Shown here: one piece after another, positions 57,007 through 64,000 of the stretch
Position numbering within the stretch: the stretch's first letter is position 1
Layout of the letters: every line of letters begins with the position of its first letter
Source: Eukaryota sp. TZLM1-RC
Lineage: Eukaryota > Protista > Metamonada: BaSk clade
Reading direction: 5' to 3'
Assembly: GCA_040285825.1 (NCBI GenBank)
Contig: JAUPSS010000004.1
Coordinates: 6,601,784 to 6,665,783, forward strand
Length of the DNA: 64,000 nt
Notes under the pieces: model-generated
Databases searched by the model: none
Seen by the model: only the letters and a program-made list of their open reading frames with translations
What the model was told of the DNA's origin: nothing
Position numbers and translations under genes: made by a program

Positions 57007-60000
57007 CTGCCTTTTCCTCTCTTTCGAGCGACGACTCCTGGAAGCTTTAGTCACAGGAGGTGAGGTACTTATATTGGAACGCTTCTTGGGAGGAGCGGAT
57101 TTAGTTACGGTTACGTGCTTTAGAAGTCTTGATGAAGTCTTTATACGCGGCGGTATTTTGGACTGTAGATACGTGTTCGATGGTGATTTCTTTTCCAGGC
57201 CATTGCACGTGCCAAAAGTCACCGTCTTGACTGAGCACCTTTTCTATGATGTGTTCTTCGACATCACCTGCAGCAACCCATGAGTGGCACTCATCGTTGG
57301 CAGGCAGGCTTGAATGCCATGGTGCTAAATGCTTGAGGCTAGCTTGGATGGCTGGTCCAGTGCAAAGGTTCTTAATATTTACAGACGAATAGAAAACAAT
57401 TTCGGTTATAAGAAAGGGTCCTAAATAATCTCCATGAATCTTAGCGGAAGAGCCAGAAGCTCTCAATATCAAATGACCAACTTCAAAAGGGTTTGGGGTC
57501 GTAGATCTTGTCAGCTTGGAAGCTTTGGAAGCTTAATGGTGTGCTGCCTTTTCAAGTTTTCTTACAACCTCTGAAATTTAGATTGAATTTTTTGAATAAA
57601 AGATGACTCAGACGTGGAGCTTTCAATGATTTCAAGAATATTACCAGGGTCAGATCTAGGAGACACATCAGATCCAAAAATCACTTGGTATGCGGTGTGG
57701 TTTGTTATCGAACTCTTGGAAGAGCTGATTAATAATTGCACATAAGGCAAATATTCAGACCACACATCGTAGGCGTTGAAGTTTACGAGCAATTTCCGTA
57801 GGTCTTGCAGGATGTCTCTAACAAGCCGTTGGACTAAAAAAACCTAGGAATTGATTTTGACACCTCTATGCCTAAAAATTTGCTTACTTCGTCAAATGGA
57901 ATACCAAAGATGGCACAGACTGTCCAGATTAATGCATCTGCAGTGAGATTGGCATTTATTTCTTTTAAAGGCACGATGATCGTAAACCTAGAAAAGCTGT
58001 CAATAAATACAAGGAGGTATTTGTAGCCTTATTGTTCTTCTGGAAAACAACCAATAACGTCGGCGTTGACGCGAGCGAAAGGTCTGTCAGCCCACAATGA
58101 ACCGGTTGGGGGAACATGCAGTTTGGGAACTGGCTTTGTTTTCTGACAGGAGGGCCATATTTGGACGTGCTTATTCATGTCTGTGAGCATGTTTGGCCAC
58201 CAATAATCACTGTTTTTGAGCTTGCTCAGACTTTCAGTTTTGCTTGGATGGCCTCAATGCAGAAGTCCGTGCAACAAGTTAAGGGTGTTCTTAATGAGTG
58301 ATTTGGGAATCACGATCTTGTTGTTGTAAGTCATATATAAATCAAGATGATTATTGAGCACACAGTTGTTAAACGAGGGGTCTTTGGAAGCTATGGCAAG
58401 CTTCTGTTCGGACCTTATCCTACAGAGGCATGGCTCGAAAATAGGCAGGTCGTTGGAACATCGTTCTCTGATGACCACGATACGTTCGAAGTTGTTTAAG
58501 TCTTCGATGTAGTATCTTTCATTTTCTGTTCCATCAATTTTATCAATGTAAAATATTGGATGAAAATTTGGTGACATTTGATGGGACAAGTGATTAATCT
58601 CTTGATGGTCTATAGGCGGAACTATTCGAGACAACATATCAGCCCAGGGAAAAGTTATCTTCTCCCTTGGTATGTACCAAATCAAAGCAGAATTCAGAGA
58701 ATATGGGTAACCATCTGGTTACAATTCTGTTCTTCTCAGGAGCCGTAAACATGTAGGTAAGGTTTTGATGGTCTGTGAAAATGACCAGTTTACTTCCTTT
58801 CAAGTAGTTTTCAAAACCACTTTGAGTCAGCATAAGCAGGACAGCATAGAGTTCCTTTTGGTTTGTCGGCCAGTTCTTTTGCGGGTTGGTTAGCAACCAG
58901 CTGAAGAAACTGATGGGCCTACATTTCCTGTTGATCAGAGGAGTACCAGGGTCGTCCACTTGTTCGATTTGTTCCCATATTACGCCGCCTACAGCAATGT
59001 CAGATGCGTCGCAACTTATTAGGATTTGGTTTTCCAAAGGGGGTAAGTTGAGCGGCATGTGCTTCGCTATCAGTTGTTTGATCTTTTGAAGGAGCCCGTC
59101 GTGCGTGTCAGTCCATTGTAGGCGTTGCGCACGGGGTTTGGGTTTAACGTTGGAGTTGTTCCCAACCTTCTTAGTGAATCTGATGATAGGAGCAATCAGC
59201 TCAGATAACTGAGGAAGCCATTCTCTAATGAAGTTGACTGATCCTACGAGGCTGCGGACGTCTTTGATAGTCTTTGGTCTAGGTAGATTCAACAAAAATG
59301 CAACACGAGTGGGATCGATAGTCCGTTGTTTGTTTTGGAAAACACTGCCCAGTATCTTGATCGGGTGTCTGGAAGACACGAAATGGCACTTTGGAAGTCC
59401 CAGGGAAACTCTTTTGCATCTGGCTTGATCGAGAACGCGTCGGAGGCGCTCAATGAATTCGTCAAAGGTTGAACCGATGATAATGATGTCATCTATGTAG
59501 ATGAATACACCGTCTCCAGGGAAGATGTCAGCCATGACGTTTTGGAATACGGCTGGGACATTCTTGAGGCCAAAAGATGCACGTTTGAACATGATACTTT
59601 TGCCAAAAATGCTCAGGGCTGTTTTTTGCCAATCCTTTTCAGCAATCTTGAGTTGCCAAAAGGCTTTAAGGAGGTCAAGCGTGCCTAAAAATTCGCTTGG
59701 GACAGAAATACCAGCACGTCGGAGATCCTTGGAAGGTTAGGTTCAACAGAAATGGTGTTGGCGTTGACTCCGTCCTTGCCGCTATAATCACCGGTATGGC
59801 GGGGCTTACGATGATCTGACTAGACCACTAGACAAACAGGGGAGCTGAACTCATAATTCGATTGAACAGCAAATCCTCAGTCTACGAGTTCATCGAAAAT
59901 TTGGTTAGCGACCTCTAGCCTGGCTGGATTCAGGGCCCTGGGGGTCTTCTAACTCTGACGTCTTCGTTGTAGAAGTTGATTTCCACAGGAGGACAATCTA

Positions 60001-63000
60001 TACCATCACCGTACGGCTTTAGGGTAAATACGTCTTCGAACTCTTTCAATGTATGAAGTAGGGATTTCTTATACTGGTCGTTGTCTAAGTTGATGGTACA
60101 ACCAGATGAGTTGATGTGTTCCAACCAACGTGTGGGAACGTTGACGACTTCTGAAGCTTGTGAGATTCGATGGTCGAATTCAGCTTCAGGTAATAGTAAT
60201 GTACGACAGGCGTCGTCCATCCTAATATATATGCCCTTGTTGTTCATCAGTCCAAGGTGACTCAACAAGTCAGCACCAATGAGAATGGTCTCATGTCCAG
60301 GAATGATGCTGAACATGTGTTTCACATGTACAATCTGGGTAACAGTGCCTAGTCTAATACTAAGGGTTCCAGAAGCAGTACCAAAAGACTGTCAGGTGGC
60401 TCCATCAGCAATCTTGTAGGATATGGTTTCGTTGGAACGTGCCATGTTACATTTTCTGATGACGTCTTCCGTGACTATGGAGCATGTTGCACCAGAGTCA
60501 ATGATGCCTTTAACTTCGACGTTGTTTATCAGGAATTTAAGTTGAAGGCAGTTGGATCGGGGTGTTTTTATGGGTCGTACCATGAAGATTGCCTCAGGGT
60601 CGAGGTCTGTTTGTTTTTCTACGAAGAAGTTAGTTTGGGAACTGACTTCAGGTGAGTGATTCAATCTTGACAGTGGGTTGATTAAGTTATCTTCCCATAT
60701 GTTGTTTCCTGTTGTAGTGTGGGGTTGAGTTGTGGGTGTAGGGGGTATGGTTTCTAATGATCGTAACTATTGAGGTGGACGTTTATTGAAGGAAGAGCCT
60801 CGACCTTTGCCGCGAGTACCTCTTCGGCTACGGAAACCAGAACCTCTAGATCCTCTTTTGTGGCGAGCCTGTTGCTCTCTCCACTTCTTGCTGCGTTGGC
60901 AATCCTCACTGGAACAGCTTTCAGTTGGATGACCGAACTGTTTGCAGAAGTTACACTGAACGTTAGACTCGGACTGAGTGGAAGACGGTTGAGTAGAGCC
61001 TCTTTTTCGCCGTTGTTGCTTTGGGCGCCTGCTAGAGCCGGAACTTCTTCGTTTGGGAATAGCAGGGGGAGAAGATACCGTTTCTTAGTCTGGAACGAGA
61101 TTTTATTTTGATACAGGAAGTCAACGTGATTGATCTGATCCTTAAAAGATCTAGCATTACAGAAATTCTCGTATTCGATTTGTAGAACACTGAACAATTC
61201 TCCTAAGGTGTGGCCATCTGAATAGTAAGGGAAGGGATTGGACCAGATTCTGAGGAGTCTGTCCCTGATAACGGTGATACCGATGCTTTCAATAGAGTGA
61301 GAAGCAAATTCCGATTCAAGAAGTCGGTCGATGGGAGAGCCAGATTGGATAGTGATGTGTCTCATTTGTTGAGTCAGACCCCGAACATCTTGGATAGCGG
61401 TGGAACGCGTTAAAACTCTGCCAATTTTGAGCATAAAGTCAATCCATTTGTTAATATAATCTCTCTCAGTCCAGTCCATGTTTACTGCATGAAGTGCGTT
61501 CGGGGCTTGATCCAGTCTACTGAATTGGGTTCTCCTTAGGATCTGTTCCCAAATATTGCGTTCGTCTCTGCTGGTTGGGACCATTGCAGAGGAGATTGAG
61601 AGGCCAGTACCTTGATACCTTAAAGCGTTGAGAGCTTCAGGTGTTACGCATTCAGCTAAACCTCTGGGACTAATGTGCATGGCGGATCTGAAGAGATCTG
61701 GTTCGCTGTCGAACCGTTGATCATATGCCAATTCTGCTGATCTAGCTAGTTCAAGTTCTTCACGAAGTCTGGCGACCTTGCTAGCCAAAGCGACTTGGGC
61801 AGAATCCTCAATGTTACCTCGAGCCTCGTCTACAATTTTATCCGTGCAACTCCAGAGGATAAACTTGTTAACAAACTTAAGGAGTTTATCAACGTCTCTT
61901 AAATCAGTCGCGTCAAGAGTTGGACGTTTGGGGTGGTCCCTACGTCTATTGTCCCTATCTCTTGAACCCACCATGGAAGATAGGAGAAGGTTACTATCGT
62001 AAGTACCCGAGAAAGTTGAGCGAGAGGAACTTACCGTGGAAGCTGTTGGAACCTTTGAACTTGTTGAACTAGTTGTTGGAGGTGTGGGTGGAACCACTGA
62101 TTGTTCCATAGGCTGTGCAGGTGCTGGGGTGTGTTCCATCGGTACTAACACAGTAGGAATACAGTCAGGAGTTGGAGACTTATCACTGACTTCCACTACA
62201 ACGTCCTCTTCAGTTTGTTCCATAGGAGGATTATGCGAGGGTTGTGTGGGGGGTTCTGTAGAAGTTTCCATAGGTTGTTCAACGGATGATGGAGCTTCTC
62301 TTTGATGAGGTTCAGGGGAAGGTTCGGTTTCTTCAATCTGGGCTGGAAACTGATGTGAAGAAATTGTTGGTTGAACAAAGTGTGACTTTTCAATGCGACC
62401 TTCTACCATGATTCATTTTAACATCCTGGATTCTATGCATCCAGGGAAAACAGTGACGAGCTGGAGGGCTCTTTGAAAATTACCAGATCTTCTGTGGTCA
62501 GGACCACAATATGGAGCTATATGGTCTGGACATCTATCATAAAGAAAGAGTCTACCACCATATGTGGTTTCGGTAAACCACCACCCTGTTCTATAATTTC
62601 TGTCGATAAGGATATCGAGAGATGCGTTGTACACAGGGCTGAACCTAGGGTAGGCACAAAAGTTATAGACGGTTATGAAGAGGTTATTTTCGTCTCCAGC
62701 GAAGCGTCTGAACACTCCCTCTCGTGTTGTTCTCATGAACCTTACTCCGGGTCAAGGGTCATGAGTGGGTTCAGGGTCATTTCTGTATGATTCTGGAGTG
62801 ATCCTTTCATCGGCGAGATATGGACCAATTCTGGGAGATATCCATAATTTTAAGTCGTTTTCGACTTTAAGACCGAAGAAAGGAGGATGTTTGTCGCTCA
62901 TCTCCGTGGGAGGGATGGCTTCTGGGTCCTCCGGAATGACCTGTAGATCCCTATATCTTGTATAAGGATTGTGCTGACGGGAAGCATCGTGATGAACACT

Positions 63001-64000
63001 AGAGCTAGCGTGGTAGCTAGTTTGGATGGGAGTGGATTGAGCAGGTGTAGAGGATGTTCCTCTTCTAGCTTGAATCATCCTGTCAAGACTTTTTTTGTGT
63101 GTGCAGTTGCGTTCCTCTCGAAGGTAACGCTCTAAATATTCTTTAGAGACCTCGGCAGTAACTTTGTTAATTTCAGATGAAGGTGCCGTAGGAGGGACCT
63201 GAGGTTGAGATAGAGAGGAAAATTCCTTGGAAGGTTCCTCATAATCCACCAAGTCTGAAAAGATCTGTTCGTACCTTTTCCTTTGCTCTTCGCAAAGATA
63301 CGAATGGAGGTTCGAAGTGCTAGGAGTGGAATCTCTAGCCTGGGGAGGTGAAACAGACAGATTGTTAACTCCACTCAATGCTGTTGAAGTGAGAGAAGAT
63401 CCTGAGACTGGGACAACGGGATTTTGACTTGACTTTCTCACAGTAGGAACTGGAGGAAGTTGGTGAGAGGGTGGGACCTCAGATTCAGGTTTAGGAGATG
63501 AAGTTGGAACTTCAGAGTCCTTTTGAGAAGTAGGAGGTTGAACTCCAGTCCCTTCTTTAGTAGTATAGAGAGGTTGAACTGACTCTATGCTTTGAGAAGA
63601 AGATGAAGTTGGTACTTCAGAGCTTCTAAGAGGGTGGGGAGAACGTGGGACTTCAGATTCCCTAAGTGAAGAAGGGTGAGGAGCTTCGGAATCCTCAACG
63701 TCTTCGTCGTCGTAGGAGACCAAGGAAGGACTTCTTCCTTCCGAAGAACAGAATCTTTGGGGGGGTTGTCTCCTCTCGAAGGAGTAGAATCCTTGGGAGG
63801 GATGTCACCTTCCACAATGACAGTTTCCTGAGGAGGGGAGCTTCCTTCCATAGGAACGGAATCCTCTGGAGGAGAGCTATCTTCTTTTGGGGTAGAACCT
63901 TCAGGAAAAGGATCTTCAGGAAGCGCAGAAGCATCTATTGACGAAGGGGGCACGGTAGCTTGGTCTGCGGTTAGTTGAGAAGAAGAGGGACCAGTCTCTT
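56860..64000 (-). mobile_element. Ty3/Gypsy LTR retrotransposon with chromodomain (frameshifted; 5' end beyond window)
   Basis: Gag knuckle CNFCKQFGHPTESC (about 60915-60957), protease IDSGAT, RT FGLKN.P/YIDD, RNase H CDAS..ELYA..TDHQNL, integrase HHCC and core, C-terminal chromo-like IIEKVL..HVQW. Confidence 0.93.

Overview
Eukaryotic, AT-rich, gene-dense DNA from a flagellated protist (SAS-6, CEP57-like and BBS8 are present). It uses the standard genetic code and has rare, very short GT-AG introns of 27-40 nt. About 18 host genes are present (AASS, NOB1, VHS protein, Kish, PRP6, hybrid histidine kinase, Trk, MATE, BRF1, SAS-6, CEP57-like, RPB4, short pyruvate kinase, RPL34, BBS8, RING-polyubiquitin-like and others). 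They are interleaved with nested, mostly decayed mobile DNA: seven Fanzor (eukaryotic TnpB) copies of about five families, many CRE/RLE-type non-LTR retrotransposon fragments with TSDs, a gag-only LTR element, a chromodomain Ty3/Gypsy element, a TA-flanked TIR element carrying an RT fragment, and a hAT remnant. The main discovery appears after computationally removing nested insertions. Two divergent Fanzor families (approx. 8510-13000 minus; approx. 34735-39664 plus, with a 3' copy at 6370-7575) carry an N-terminal family-B-polymerase-type DEDDy 3'-5' exonuclease domain. All three copies replace the RuvC-III catalytic Asp with Asn (NRN instead of NRD). This suggests an undescribed RNA-guided exonuclease or dead-RuvC Fanzor clade. 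All copies here are pseudogenised, so function is inferred.
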